Below are positions 9,759 through 20,258 of a stretch of DNA of 64,000 nt, one piece after another. The DNA is taken from NCBI GenBank assembly GCA_964595285.1, contig CAZQPS010000016.1, positions 3,612 to 67,611 on the forward strand, in the 5' to 3' direction. Every line of letters starts with the position of its first letter. Position 1 is the stretch's first letter. The notes under the pieces were generated by a model. It was given only the letters and a program-made list of their open reading frames with translations, ran no database searches and was not told the DNA's origin. The stretch is from an uncultured Dehalococcoidia bacterium (lineage in GTDB: Bacteria; Chloroflexota; Dehalococcoidia; Lucifugimonadales; JADFKI01). A program made the position numbers and the translations under genes.

Positions 9759-9797
9759 AATTGGATTTAAAAAAGTTGATTGTAAAAGGTATGACAG

Positions 9798-10730
9798 GTG
9801 AATAATATGACTGCTAAAGATATAAAAGGGGTGATTGTTCCTATATTGACTCCCTTGAATGATGACGAATCAGTAGATACAGGGTCGCTCCGTCGTCTAG
9901 TTAATTATCTTATCGAAAATGGTGTCCATGGAATATGGGTCTCCGGAACAACTGGTGAGTTTGCTAATCTCACAGACAGAGCAAGGTTAGTTAGTACGGA
10001 AATTGTTGTAGATGAGGTGGCAGGTAGGGTGCCGGTTATCGGCAATGTTTCGGGTGGCAGTACGCAATTGTCGATAAATTTGGCTCTAGAAACGCGCGAA
10101 TTAGGACTTGATGGTATAGCGGTAACTCCGCCATATTACTATCCGAACGCGCAAGACGAGCTTCTAGATCATTATAGATATATTCAAAGTCGCGTGGGTA
10201 TGCCACTGTGGGTTTATAACATACCGCAAACAGTCAAAACTGCAGTGGCTCCTACAACTGTTGCGACACTGGCTAGTGAGGGTGCAGTCGTAGGAATCAA
10301 GGATAGCTCTGGTGCAGGAGAGCTTCTGGCAGAACTCAACGTCCTTTGTGAGCAAGGTGGTCTATCATTACTTAGATTTTTAGGAACCGCTTTTAGGATT
10401 ACGACTGCCGGGTCTGTGGGAGTGCATGGAGTGATACCTGGGGGAGCAAATTTAATTCCCAGAATAGCAAGTCAAGCGTGGGAAGCAGGCGTTGCTGGGG
10501 ACTCCAATATGATTAAAGACTGCAATGCCAAGATTATTGCCATGCAGAAATTACCCAAATTGGCACAGGGTGGAGGGCCTAACGCGGCAAGCTTTGCTGG
10601 TATGAAATCGGCTCTGAAAATACTAGGTGTTATTGATAATGACACAATGTCCCGACCATTGAGGGCTTTTTCTGAAGATGAGAAGAAAAATATTCCTCCG
10701 ATCTTGGAAGAACTAGGATTACTGAATTAG
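9798..10730 (+). CDS. dihydrodipicolinate synthase / N-acetylneuraminate lyase family (class I aldolase)
   Basis: 310 aa. Motifs GTTGEF, YYPNAQDELLDHY, WVYNIPQ and the Schiff-base lysine context GIKDSSG. GTG start in the track; ATG at 9807 is possible. Confidence 0.88.
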   Translation: MNNMTAKDIKGVIVPILTPLNDDESVDTGSLRRLVNYLIENGVHGIWVSGTTGEFANLTDRARLVSTEIVVDEVAGRVPVIGNVSGGSTQLSINLALETRELGLDGIAVTPPYYYPNAQDELLDHYRYIQSRVGMPLWVYNIPQTVKTAVAPTTVATLASEGAVVGIKDSSGAGELLAELNVLCEQGGLSLLRFLGTAFRITTAGSVGVHGVIPGGANLIPRIASQAWEAGVAGDSNMIKDCNAKIIAMQKLPKLAQGGGPNAASFAGMKSALKILGVIDNDTMSRPLRAFSEDEKKNIPPILEELGLLN

Positions 10731-10776
10731 TGGCTCTCAGATCTTCTTTTAGTTTATTTACTAACTCTCGATTATA

Positions 10777-11637
10777 ATGGTGGGGTCTTATATGGCGAAT
10801 CCTCTCAAACGCTGGCAAGTGCTCAGAGACGCCAGAATTGCCTATGTTGATTGGGGCGAAAACGGTCCTACCATTTTGCTATTGCATGGTGATATGCGGA
10901 CGGGGCGTAGTTGGGATGCGGTAGCAAGGTCGCTAAGAGCTATGTTTCATGTGATTTCTGTAGATGCTAGAGGCCATGGAGATAGTGAGTGGTCTGATCA
11001 TGGATACAGATTTGATGAGCGGGTCAAAGATCTTGCTGCGTTTTGTATAGCTCTGGGTTTGAAAAATATAGTTGGAGTAGGCCATTCGACAGGCGGAGTA
11101 GTTATGGCTCTATGTGCTGCGCAATACCCTACTATATTTAAAAGATTAGCACTGTTGGAACCAATGATCGTTGTAGACGAGAAGTTCCAGAGTGCAATGA
11201 TAAAGAGAAGTGAATTTTCTAGAACTACATGGAAGGACCGAGAGGAATTATTTATATTCCTTAAAAACCATGCCGGAGCCGGGTTTTGGCGAGAAGATGT
11301 TATTCAAGATGTTGTACAGCACGAATCATATTTCAGAAAAGATGGTTTGCTAGATATGAAATGGTCACCAAACAGTTTTAGAGAAACAGAGCGGGATGGA
11401 GATTATGTAGACTTGAAGCCCATCTTTCGTGATTTAAATATTCCTATATTGCTTGTACGAGGGAGTGCGGAGCAAAATACGTTTGAGAATTTGCACTACG
11501 TGCCTGAAGATATGCCTAATGTTTCTAGGTGTACGATAAGAAATACAGGCCATAATATGTACATGGAAAAGCCTGAGTCAGTGGCACAGCTCCTGATAAA
11601 ATTCAATGATAGTCAGTCCATTCCAACCTGCCTTTAG
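10777..11637 (+). CDS. alpha/beta-fold hydrolase
   Basis: 286 aa. Motifs LLLHGDMRTGRSW and VDARGHGDSEW, nucleophile elbow GVGHSTGG, C-terminal GHNMYMEKPE. ATG at 10792, preceded by GGTGGGG, may be the real start. Confidence 0.85.
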   Translation: MVGSYMANPLKRWQVLRDARIAYVDWGENGPTILLLHGDMRTGRSWDAVARSLRAMFHVISVDARGHGDSEWSDHGYRFDERVKDLAAFCIALGLKNIVGVGHSTGGVVMALCAAQYPTIFKRLALLEPMIVVDEKFQSAMIKRSEFSRTTWKDREELFIFLKNHAGAGFWREDVIQDVVQHESYFRKDGLLDMKWSPNSFRETERDGDYVDLKPIFRDLNIPILLVRGSAEQNTFENLHYVPEDMPNVSRCTIRNTGHNMYMEKPESVAQLLIKFNDSQSIPTCL

Positions 11638-11784
11638 CCTATCGTTCACTTGATTTTGTGTTGATAATGTATAACATATGGCCGAAGAACATTAAGACAT
11701 GATTGTGTGGTGTCCATTGTAGGCTGGGGAAATGAGCGTGCAATGAACGTGAAACTTTAAAAGTTTTAGACGAGGATTAGACAT

Positions 11785-13194
11785 ATGTCACGAGAAGAAA
11801 TAGATCTGATTGCTCACCTCATGAGAAGAGCTGGGTTTGGAGCTTCATGGGATGAACTGAAAGTGTTGGAAGAAAATGGATATGATGCGACTCTTGCAGC
11901 GCTTCTTGATTTTCCAACGGTGAACGTCAGAATGGATGAAAGTCTCGTTCGCCGTTATCACACCGACAGTTCGGCTATGATGGGGCCATCTGGTAGTCCC
12001 ATGAGCTGGCTTTACGGCATGGTATCTACTTCTGCTCCACTGCAAGAAAAAATGGCGCTATTTTGGCACGGCGTTTTCGCCACTGCGACTAGCAAAATGC
12101 AGATGGGGAAAACGGTATTTGATCAGATTAAGATGTTTAGGCAGTATGGAATGGGTGATTTCCCCACGCTTCTAACTAGGTTGTCTATGAATCCGGCAAT
12201 GGTTTATTGGCTCGATAATCATGATAATCATAAAGGGGCAATTAACGAAAATTTCGGAAGAGAACTATTAGAACTATTTTCCATGGGAGTCGGCAACTAT
12301 ACAGAACAAGATGTCAAAGAGAGTGCGAGGGCTTTCACGGGCTATACTCTTCAAGATTTAAACTATTTTGTAGTTCGGAATGAGAGGTGCTCGATCTGGC
12401 CATATGGACGGACTACATTGGGATTCTCATACGATGATGAAGATAACGACAAAGGCGAGAAAGAATTTCTTGGTCATTGTGGCAATCACAATGGTGAAGA
12501 TATAATCAAAATCATTTGTCAGCAACCTGCAACTGCAAGATTCATAGCGAGACATTTATATAATTTCTTTGTGGCAGATGAACCACTGGTACCCCAATGG
12601 CCCTATACACCTCCAAAAGATCCCAGGGCCATTGACTTACTGGTGGATGCCTACTACGAGAGTGATTACAATATTGGCCATATGGTTTCGATGTTATTTA
12701 GTTCCCAGTTCTTCAAATCCAGGGAATGTTGGAATTCAAAAGTTAAGAGCCCTGCGGAGCTTGCGGTTGGTGTATTAAGACTGACCAATGAGTTTTCTCA
12801 TCCGCGGAGAGAGATGTTTGATGTAAGCAGGCAGATTGCGTTTATGGGTCAGGATTTGATGAATCCACCCAGCGTAGAAGGCTGGCATGGTGGCCAAGAC
12901 TGGATTGAATCTGGAACATTGATGGAAAGAATAAATTTTGCATCTGAACATATCGGTAATCTGGATGCCCCAGGTGTAAAAACTATTATTGGCGCTATCA
13001 ATACCAATGACCCAGAGCAGTTGATAGATTCTTGCCTGGATCATCTCGGTGCCATATCTATCAATGAAGATACACGAGCCAGTATTTTGAGATTTGTCGA
13101 TAAATCCAATTCTGATAAAAGAGTTTTAGATGAAGAATTGTCATTGAATGTCCTCAGGATGATAGTTTCCAGTCAAGAATTCCAGAGAGTTTAA
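11785..13194 (+). CDS. DUF1800 domain-containing protein
   Basis: 469 aa. Family hallmarks: HLMRRAGFGASWDEL at the N-terminus and LFWHGVFAT...NPAMVYWLDNHDNHKGAINENFGRELLELFSMGVGNYTEQDVKESARAFTGY. No signal peptide seen. Confidence 0.85.
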   Translation: MSREEIDLIAHLMRRAGFGASWDELKVLEENGYDATLAALLDFPTVNVRMDESLVRRYHTDSSAMMGPSGSPMSWLYGMVSTSAPLQEKMALFWHGVFATATSKMQMGKTVFDQIKMFRQYGMGDFPTLLTRLSMNPAMVYWLDNHDNHKGAINENFGRELLELFSMGVGNYTEQDVKESARAFTGYTLQDLNYFVVRNERCSIWPYGRTTLGFSYDDEDNDKGEKEFLGHCGNHNGEDIIKIICQQPATARFIARHLYNFFVADEPLVPQWPYTPPKDPRAIDLLVDAYYESDYNIGHMVSMLFSSQFFKSRECWNSKVKSPAELAVGVLRLTNEFSHPRREMFDVSRQIAFMGQDLMNPPSVEGWHGGQDWIESGTLMERINFASEHIGNLDAPGVKTIIGAINTNDPEQLIDSCLDHLGAISINEDTRASILRFVDKSNSDKRVLDEELSLNVLRMIVSSQEFQRV

Positions 13195-13196
13195 TT

Positions 13197-14219
13197 ATGG
13201 TTTCTAAAATAGATAGCACGACTACTGGGCTGACCTACAGCCACACGGTTGGACTGGCGACAATGATAGGGAGAGGATTTTATTTCCCGGTAGATCTGGC
13301 TATCACATCTGAGGAAAACATGCTGGTCCTAAGTAGGTCGTTGGAAATATTTGCGTATGGAACAAGAGTGACCGTGTGTAATGCTGACAGTGAATTTTTT
13401 GGTACCTTCGGAAATCCTGGTACAGAAAACGGACAATTCATGTGGCCCAGTGGTATAGCTCTGGATAGTGAAGACAATGTCTATGTTGTTGATGATCATC
13501 TTCATAGGGTTGTTGTTTTTGGTCGGGATGGGGAACCCTTGAAGACATGGGGTATTAAGGGAAATGCCCAGGGAGAATTATATGGCCCTTGCTCCATTGC
13601 ATTTGACAGTAGCGACAATGCATATGTCAGCGATCACCTGAATCACAGGATTCAAAAATTTACCCGAGATGGAGAGTTCATCTTGGAATTTGGTCGCAAA
13701 GGTGATCTCCCTGGAGAATTGGATCTCCCTTGGGGTGTTTCTGCACAGCATGGAAGTATCTGGATTGCAGATTGGGGTAACGATAGGGTACAAGAATTTT
13801 CAGAAACTGGAGAATTCATTAAGAGTATCGGGACTTCGGGTAGGAGAGACGGCGAGATGATTCAACCGTCCTCTGTTGCGGTCGATACTGACGGTAATGT
13901 ATATGTATGCGACTGGGGCAATGAACGGTTGCAGATATTTGATGCTAATGGAAATTTCATAACAAAAGAACGGGGAAGAGCGACAGATTCCAAATGGGCT
14001 AAAGATTATCTGGAAAGCAACGTTGAAGAAGCGGAAGCTAGGAAAACAGCTCAATTAGAGCCTGATGTTTCATGGTTAGTTGATGATCCGCATGAAGAGT
14101 CTTCTTATGTAGAAAAGTACTTTTGGGGACCGACGGCTGTGTTGCTAGATAAATCCGGTCGTATATATGTAAATGAAAGTAACAGGCATAGGATTCAAAT
14201 ATTCAATCGTAACTTCTAG
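13197..14219 (+). CDS. NHL-repeat beta-propeller protein
   Basis: 340 aa. Starts 2 nt after the DUF1800 stop. About six repeats of the type G.F..P.GIA.DS..NVYV.D..N.RIQ.F. No signal peptide seen. Confidence 0.85.
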   Translation: MVSKIDSTTTGLTYSHTVGLATMIGRGFYFPVDLAITSEENMLVLSRSLEIFAYGTRVTVCNADSEFFGTFGNPGTENGQFMWPSGIALDSEDNVYVVDDHLHRVVVFGRDGEPLKTWGIKGNAQGELYGPCSIAFDSSDNAYVSDHLNHRIQKFTRDGEFILEFGRKGDLPGELDLPWGVSAQHGSIWIADWGNDRVQEFSETGEFIKSIGTSGRRDGEMIQPSSVAVDTDGNVYVCDWGNERLQIFDANGNFITKERGRATDSKWAKDYLESNVEEAEARKTAQLEPDVSWLVDDPHEESSYVEKYFWGPTAVLLDKSGRIYVNESNRHRIQIFNRNF

Positions 14220-14397
14220 CGAAATCGTTCGATGTCTCAATCCGATGCTAGACGCTCCTCCACCTGATACCCAGGATTGCTTCCAAGGGAAGTGGGTGGA
14301 ATTGAGGAAACTTAGGGATAGCCCACCCCTATCGCGTAAGAGCCCTATAAGCCTTAATAGTATTCTCTCTATTTATCCAATAGCCAAATAGCCCCCT

Positions 14398-15609
14398 TTA
14401 TCTTGTTGTGTAACCGCTCTGCGTGACACTTGCGAGTTTGTTTTCATCCCAGGGATGTGCTCGGGCTACGTCTTCATTGATATCAGATCCCCACCCGGGT
14501 GCACTGGGCACCGTCATGTATCCGTCTACAATTTCAGGCACGGAAGTTGTCAATTCATCTTTCCATGGGACATCGTCTATGTCTATTTCCATGATTCTAA
14601 CGTTCGTTAGAGATGCACAAAGGCTGGCGCTTACAAAACTGGATAAATGGCTGTAATAATTGTGAGGAGCTACATTGTGCTGGTAAACTTCGGCAAGGTC
14701 TCCGATCTTCTTGGATTGGCTAAACCCGTTCCACGGTACGTCAATCATGAACATATCAGCTGCATGGTTCTCAAAATATGGGATGTAATCTCGCATATAG
14801 TACAAGTTTTCACCGGTGCAAATTCTTGTAGTAGTTGAATCCTTGATCTGGCGTAGACTTTTGGGATCATACATATCTATTTCGAGCCACAACATGTCAA
14901 ATTGCTCAAGTATTTTAGCTATCCGAAGAGCAGCTTCAGTTTTAAAATGGAAGTTCAGATCAAGATTTATGTCTATGTCGTCACCAACTGCATCCCTAAA
15001 GGTTCCAATTAATCGTTCTATATGAGGGATTAGCCATTTGGGTGCGACTTGATCAGTAGAGCCGAGGCCACCACCAAAACCTCCACCAAATGTTGCGCTT
15101 TCTCCCGGTAGTATTACATTGGTTTTAAGAGCTGTAAATCCTCTACTTTTAACCTCCTTGCCCAATTGGCTTATAGACTCCCACGAATCTATGGGAGGCG
15201 TTCCAAGTAGCTCATGATGTCTTACTCGAGAAGATCCACAATGAGACCAATATACCCGAACTTTTTCACGTGTGGGCCCTCCAAAAAGCTCTGTCACAGA
15301 TATACCTAGTGCCTTTGCTTTAATATCTATAAATGCACAATCTAGCCCAGCAATAGCTTTTGCTGCTACGCCTCCAATACTTTGCAGGGTAGCTCGGTAC
15401 ATGTCACGAAAGCGCATTTCATATGCCCTTGGATCTTGGCCGATTAACAAGGGCTTTAGATCACGAATAGTTCCCTCTATACCGTGTGGAGATTTGCCAT
15501 CACTGCATTCCCCCCAACCGGTGATCCCTTCATCTGTTTCAACTTTGACAAACATCCAGGGTCTCCAACCAGCGTCGACTATGAATGTCTCAATATTAGT
15601 GATTTTCAT
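14398..15609 (-). CDS. enolase-superfamily enzyme (mandelate racemase / D-galactonate or mannonate dehydratase-like)
   Basis: The N-terminus MKITNIETFIVDAGWRPWMFVKVETDEGITGWGE is the typical capping-domain start. I moved the start to M17 of the track ORF (ATG preceded by GGGAG). The metal-ligand region LWLEIDMYD...TGEN is present. Confidence 0.88.
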   Translation of the reverse strand: MKITNIETFIVDAGWRPWMFVKVETDEGITGWGECSDGKSPHGIEGTIRDLKPLLIGQDPRAYEMRFRDMYRATLQSIGGVAAKAIAGLDCAFIDIKAKALGISVTELFGGPTREKVRVYWSHCGSSRVRHHELLGTPPIDSWESISQLGKEVKSRGFTALKTNVILPGESATFGGGFGGGLGSTDQVAPKWLIPHIERLIGTFRDAVGDDIDINLDLNFHFKTEAALRIAKILEQFDMLWLEIDMYDPKSLRQIKDSTTTRICTGENLYYMRDYIPYFENHAADMFMIDVPWNGFSQSKKIGDLAEVYQHNVAPHNYYSHLSSFVSASLCASLTNVRIMEIDIDDVPWKDELTTSVPEIVDGYMTVPSAPGWGSDINEDVARAHPWDENKLASVTQSGYTTR

Positions 15610-15752
15610 GGATTTTGCTCCCGAACTTATTGGTCTTGATGATATGGATGATAGCATAAAAAATTTCTTCTACAAGGTTGACCTTGACATGTAAGCTTTA
15701 CTGTTCATAGCATGGTTTTGTGACTTAGGGTTCATAGGACGAGGAGGGAAAC

Positions 15753-17177
15753 ATGAGTTTGGAAAAAGAGTTAGCTTTCAAACCTGCCTACGAGGTAAAG
15801 GAGCAGATCGTCAATAAAGAAATATCGCCTGTGGAATTAACGCAATTATTTTTTGACAGGATTGATGAATTAGACGGCCAGCTAAATTCGTATATTACTT
15901 TGGATTACGAAAATGCTATGCATAGTGCGAGGTCTGCGGAAGAGATTGTGATGAAGGGCGGACCTTTTGGGCCATTGCATGGGATACCGGTGTCGATAAA
16001 AGATATGGAGCTTACGAAGAATTTAAGAAGCACTGCTGGCTCGATACTTTTCAAGGATAGAGTTCCAACTGAAGATTCAGTGGTTTCTGAAAGAGTTAGA
16101 GCAGCTGGCGCAATAATTCTAGGAAAAACAAATACCCCAGAATTTGGGCATAAAGGGACCACGGAGAATTTGCTGGGGGATGCGTGTAGAAATCCTTGGA
16201 ATACATCCTATACAACTGGCGGTTCAAGTGGGGGAGCAGCAGCAGCCTTAATATCTGGCTTATGCTCGTTGGCGACCGGTACTGACGGAGGGGGATCTAT
16301 TAGAATACCAGCAAGCTATTGCGGAGTTTATGGAATAAAGCCAACGCAGGGCAGGGTGCCCAGATATATGGGAGCTGGTTCTTCAGTAATTGCGAATCAG
16401 TTGGCAATATCGGGTCCATTATCTCGTACGGTGAGAGACTCAGCATTGCTTTTGCAAGTTTTGTCAGGTCATGATGGAAGAGACCCTGCGTCGATTAGAG
16501 ATGTTCCACCAGATTTTGTATCTGCGCTCGATATGGATGTGTCTGGTTTAAGAATTGGATGGAGTGCCGATTTTGGCTTTGCCCCCGTTGATCCTGAAGT
16601 CGCAGAAGTGTGTTATGAAGCCGCTAAAGCTTTTGAGGAGATAGGTTGTACTGTAGCAGACAGCAATTTGAACCTTGAAAGTCCCGAGCGGTCTTTCAAG
16701 GTTCTATTTTCAACTAATACCTATGCTGCCATGTCCAGTGTGATTGAAAGTGATCGTGATAAATTCACAGATTATTTCCTTCATAATATGGATTTTGCTA
16801 GGGAATTAACAGGTGCCGATTACGCATTTGCCGTGGGGTATGTCGATTATTTGAGAGCTAAATTTGACCAATTATTTGAAAGTTTCGATTTATTGATATC
16901 TCCTACAATGGCTGTACCTCCCTTTCCAATAGGGGATTACCCCGAAAAAATCGCGGGGCAAAACGTCGATCCTTTTGCGGGAATAATACCATTTACTTAT
17001 CCAATCAATATGATTGGTAATCCGGCGGCTAGTGTTCCAGCGGGCTTTTCTCACACTGGGCTTCCCATAGGCTTACACTTAATCGGGCGTTACGGTGATG
17101 AAAGGTTGGTCTTGGCAGCGTCTGCAGCATTTGAAAGGCTACGCCCATGGGCACAGCTGATGCCTCCAGTGTCCTAA
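15753..17177 (+). CDS. amidase (amidase-signature family, GatA-like)
   Basis: 474 aa. AS signature GGSSGGAAAALISG...ATGTDGGGSIRIPAS and catalytic-Lys context GIPVSIKD. Confidence 0.92.
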   Translation: MSLEKELAFKPAYEVKEQIVNKEISPVELTQLFFDRIDELDGQLNSYITLDYENAMHSARSAEEIVMKGGPFGPLHGIPVSIKDMELTKNLRSTAGSILFKDRVPTEDSVVSERVRAAGAIILGKTNTPEFGHKGTTENLLGDACRNPWNTSYTTGGSSGGAAAALISGLCSLATGTDGGGSIRIPASYCGVYGIKPTQGRVPRYMGAGSSVIANQLAISGPLSRTVRDSALLLQVLSGHDGRDPASIRDVPPDFVSALDMDVSGLRIGWSADFGFAPVDPEVAEVCYEAAKAFEEIGCTVADSNLNLESPERSFKVLFSTNTYAAMSSVIESDRDKFTDYFLHNMDFARELTGADYAFAVGYVDYLRAKFDQLFESFDLLISPTMAVPPFPIGDYPEKIAGQNVDPFAGIIPFTYPINMIGNPAASVPAGFSHTGLPIGLHLIGRYGDERLVLAASAAFERLRPWAQLMPPVS

Positions 17178-17259
17178 ATCTATCGGTTGTGCTTGTCATT
17201 AGGAGATTGGGATGTGATAAAGTTATGCGGATAATAGTTGCTAGTAAATTAAGTAGTGA

Positions 17260-17628
17260 CTACTGAACATAAATGGTTGTTTCACTGCTTGGGTGAGTTA
17301 GGGAAATATGGGAGAAAGTTTCCCCGTCAGCCGCGCCGTGCCAATGCTTTTCACCAGCAGGAATTAATGCTGTGTCGCCCATTTCCATTTCCAATTCCTC
17401 TGATTCGTTAGCCACATAACCTTTACCAGAAAGAACGAAAAGGATTTGGTCACTGGTATGCGCGTGGAAGTGATTTTTAGCGCCGTTAAAAAAGGTGACA
17501 GTATTGAAGCTAAAATCTTTGCTTGCCCCTTTTCCAACAATAGTTTGTCCTTCGACTCTGTCACCATAGAAAATAGAGTCAGTAGTTCGATCCACGGGTG
17601 CATTTTGTCCCTGCTTAATTACTTTCAT
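17260..17628 (-). CDS. cupin-domain protein
   Basis: 122 aa. Cupin motifs HAHTSDQILFVLSGKGYV and GDTALIPAGEKHWHGA. Confidence 0.85.
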   Translation of the reverse strand: MKVIKQGQNAPVDRTTDSIFYGDRVEGQTIVGKGASKDFSFNTVTFFNGAKNHFHAHTSDQILFVLSGKGYVANESEELEMEMGDTALIPAGEKHWHGAADGETFSHISLTHPSSETTIYVQ

Positions 17629-17760
17629 GCTGTTCGTCTCCTCTTTCCCCAGAAAGCCGTAACTTGGCAGCTGTAGGAATACTTATAGTCTAATTGTATA
17701 TCAAGAAAATGTCCTAGACTTGCATGGATAGGTTCTAAATGACACAATGTAGGTCCAGAT

Positions 17761-18771
17761 ATGCCTAAACAAAGAAGGGATTATTTATCGATAATGAAAG
17801 CAGCAAGAATTTCGAGCCCAGGACAATTCGAAGTAGTTGAGACTGATATACCAGAAATATCAGAAGGACAATGCCTGATTAAATTAGAGACATGGTCCGC
17901 GTGTGGAAGTGATATCAGGCACAGTTTTGGACCTACGCTGCCTGAAGAAGAATATCCTATGAAAATGGGTGGTCCCTGCCATGAATGTGCAGGCACCATA
18001 GTGGAAAGTCGGTCAGCGAAATTCCTGGAAGGACAAAGAGTGATCGTCCTTCCAGGAAGCAGTGGGCAAGGTGGGTTAGTCGAATATATGGCGGGGGATG
18101 AAGACAGGATGGCGTTGTTACCTGAAGAAGGGGATATTAACGAGTTGGTAATGTGCCAACCTTCTGGAACGGTCCTGTACGCGTGTCAGCAAATGGGAAC
18201 CATTTTGGGGAAGGATGTAGTAGTGTTAGGACAAGGAAGTATTGGTCTTTCTTTTACTGCAATATGTGCGCGAGCGGGAGCTAGAAAGGTTATTGCTGTC
18301 GATTTACATGATTACAGATTAGAATACTCAAGAAGATTCGGGGCTACTCACACTGTTAATGCGAGTTCAGAGAATGTCGATGAGGCAGTTGCCGAAATCA
18401 CTGGGGGTAAAGGAACTGACATATCTGTCGAAGCTGCAGGATATCAAGAAACTCTGGAAACTTCGATGCGAATTGTTGGTGATTTTGGGAAAGTGATTTT
18501 ATTTGGTATTCAGGGAGGAGCCAGAGGAAGTAGAACACCTGTGGATACAAGTCTGTTTTTGCGACATTTACCTACTATCATTCCCACCCAAGGTGCTACA
18601 AGTGGAGATCCAATAGCCCATATCGATACTATGATCAGTCTTAGGGAAAGAGGATGGTGGAATCCTGGTGAGATGCTCACTCATACACTCCCCTTTGATG
18701 AAGTACAAAAAGCCTATGAAATGTACGATAATCGAGACGACAATATAGTAAAGATAGTTTTATCGTCCTAA
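17761..18771 (+). CDS. zinc-dependent alcohol dehydrogenase family (threonine/sorbitol dehydrogenase-like)
   Basis: 336 aa. CGSDIRH and GPCHECAG zinc-site regions, Rossmann motif VVLGQGSIGL. MKAARI at 17794 is an alternative start. Confidence 0.85.
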   Translation: MPKQRRDYLSIMKAARISSPGQFEVVETDIPEISEGQCLIKLETWSACGSDIRHSFGPTLPEEEYPMKMGGPCHECAGTIVESRSAKFLEGQRVIVLPGSSGQGGLVEYMAGDEDRMALLPEEGDINELVMCQPSGTVLYACQQMGTILGKDVVVLGQGSIGLSFTAICARAGARKVIAVDLHDYRLEYSRRFGATHTVNASSENVDEAVAEITGGKGTDISVEAAGYQETLETSMRIVGDFGKVILFGIQGGARGSRTPVDTSLFLRHLPTIIPTQGATSGDPIAHIDTMISLRERGWWNPGEMLTHTLPFDEVQKAYEMYDNRDDNIVKIVLSS

Positions 18772-18847
18772 GCCTGATGCCAGTTAAAGGCAGGTGATAA
18801 AAAAAGACCATGTCTGTGTCCTTGGCCTTGTGTGCTGGTCAGACTGA

Positions 18848-19552
18848 TTACTTTAGAGATCTGCGATATAAATCAATGGTGTTTTGGGTTATAGGGTAGT
18901 ATTTGCCAGGGGCAACATTTTCCTTTGAGATGAGTTCTTTGATGAATTCTTCAACTGCTTCATGTTCTTCTGCCCATTCCAATACGTCTGTTGCCAAGGC
19001 TTCGGGTACCACAATAACTCCGTCATTATCGCCTACGATGAGATCTCCGGGGCGTACTGCCACCCCACCACATTGTATAGTTACGTTAGCCTCATAAGGG
19101 TCTATCTCATCTGCGCCACCCATGGGAGTTCGGCCACCAGCGTATATTTTAAATCCATAATCTTTTACGATATCTAAGTCCCGTATTGCCGCATCAGTGA
19201 CCAGGCCGCCTGCCCTGGCCATTTTTAGTTGCAGAAGCTTGACGTCTCCTCCTATCGCAGCGTATTTTTTCCCCATTCCGTCAATCACTAACACATCCCC
19301 CGGTTTGCATGAGCCCATAGCCTCATATTCCGGTGACGCTTCTCCCTTATGTGTTTCTTTAATGATATCTGGCCTAGGAGGGATGAATCTTAGGGTTTTT
19401 GCTACGCCTACCATCATTTGGTTATCTGGTGTGAAACAGTGAACCCCTCTCGGAAAACAGTCGCCATAGCCGGAGGCACGCATGGCAGAATTTATCGTGG
19501 CTGTCGCAACCTTTTTGTATCGTTCTATAATGTCGTTGTTTATCTGTGCCAA
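18848..19552 (-). CDS. RraA-family protein / HMG-CHA-type class II aldolase-oxaloacetate decarboxylase-like
   Basis: 234 aa. Motifs GDVLVIDGMGKKYAAIGGDV..L.....GGLVTDAAIRDLD. The size fits the ~230-aa aldolase branch rather than the ~160-aa RraA. Confidence 0.75.
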   Translation of the reverse strand: MAQINNDIIERYKKVATATINSAMRASGYGDCFPRGVHCFTPDNQMMVGVAKTLRFIPPRPDIIKETHKGEASPEYEAMGSCKPGDVLVIDGMGKKYAAIGGDVKLLQLKMARAGGLVTDAAIRDLDIVKDYGFKIYAGGRTPMGGADEIDPYEANVTIQCGGVAVRPGDLIVGDNDGVIVVPEALATDVLEWAEEHEAVEEFIKELISKENVAPGKYYPITQNTIDLYRRSLK

Positions 19553-19597
19553 AACCTTCTCTCTTTCTTCGGGAGCTGATTAACAAGCTTTAAGGTG

Positions 19598-20209
19598 TCA
19601 TTTCAATAGGAATCTTACGAAGTGTTTTTCTAGCTCTGTTGCAAGAATTGTAGCTTCCTCTAGCTGGTCAGTATCACCTAGGCTTGCTACGAAAGCAACA
19701 CCTAGAAGTCTTCCAAATCGAAAATCAACTATGGTTACAGAGACAGTCTTATTATCGTCTTTATGTACTGCCTTTAGGCCTATAGACTCGTCAACAAATC
19801 CGCATGGATGCAATACTTCTATGGACATTAATTGTTGCCTGTCTCGAATTTCTTGCCCCACTTGAGCCTCAAATCCCTTGATGAACACGTCGTGCATCCA
19901 TGTGTGTACTGACTTCTGATTTTCGAAAAGATGCACTACAGTGGCTGCCATTAGGCAATCTCCTTTTTGAGGATCTGAAGGAGGTTGCGGCAAGTATTCG
20001 CGCATGTAGCCGTTAATGCGGCCGATTCGCCTGAAGTTTCCGGCGTCACTTCCAGGGAAGCCCTGGGTCGCTAGAGTCTCATTACTGAGTATACTTTCGT
20101 GACCTAAACGAAAGTTGTCAAAGAGAGGTGGTAAATCTGATTTATCCAAAACCATACATTGCATGTCGCTGACAACGACATTGCTGGTCGCGCGCTCAAG
20201 GTCTTTCAC
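19598..20209 (-). CDS. hypothetical protein (203 aa, soluble, no recognised motif)
   Basis: Long ORF co-directional with its neighbours and 49 nt downstream of the upstream gene. No antisense alternative of comparable length. Confidence 0.6.
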   Translation of the reverse strand: MKDLERATSNVVVSDMQCMVLDKSDLPPLFDNFRLGHESILSNETLATQGFPGSDAGNFRRIGRINGYMREYLPQPPSDPQKGDCLMAATVVHLFENQKSVHTWMHDVFIKGFEAQVGQEIRDRQQLMSIEVLHPCGFVDESIGLKAVHKDDNKTVSVTIVDFRFGRLLGVAFVASLGDTDQLEEATILATELEKHFVRFLLK

Positions 20210-20258
20210 TTTGAGCTATTTCTACGTTTATCAAACAATCTTCACGCCCTTTCCCTAT

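Noticed and set aside
14173-14391. 72-aa ORF overlapping the 3' end of the NHL gene and filling the convergent spacer.
   Set aside because: It starts inside the NHL gene in another frame, has no RBS, and its product is Pro/Ser-rich without motifs.
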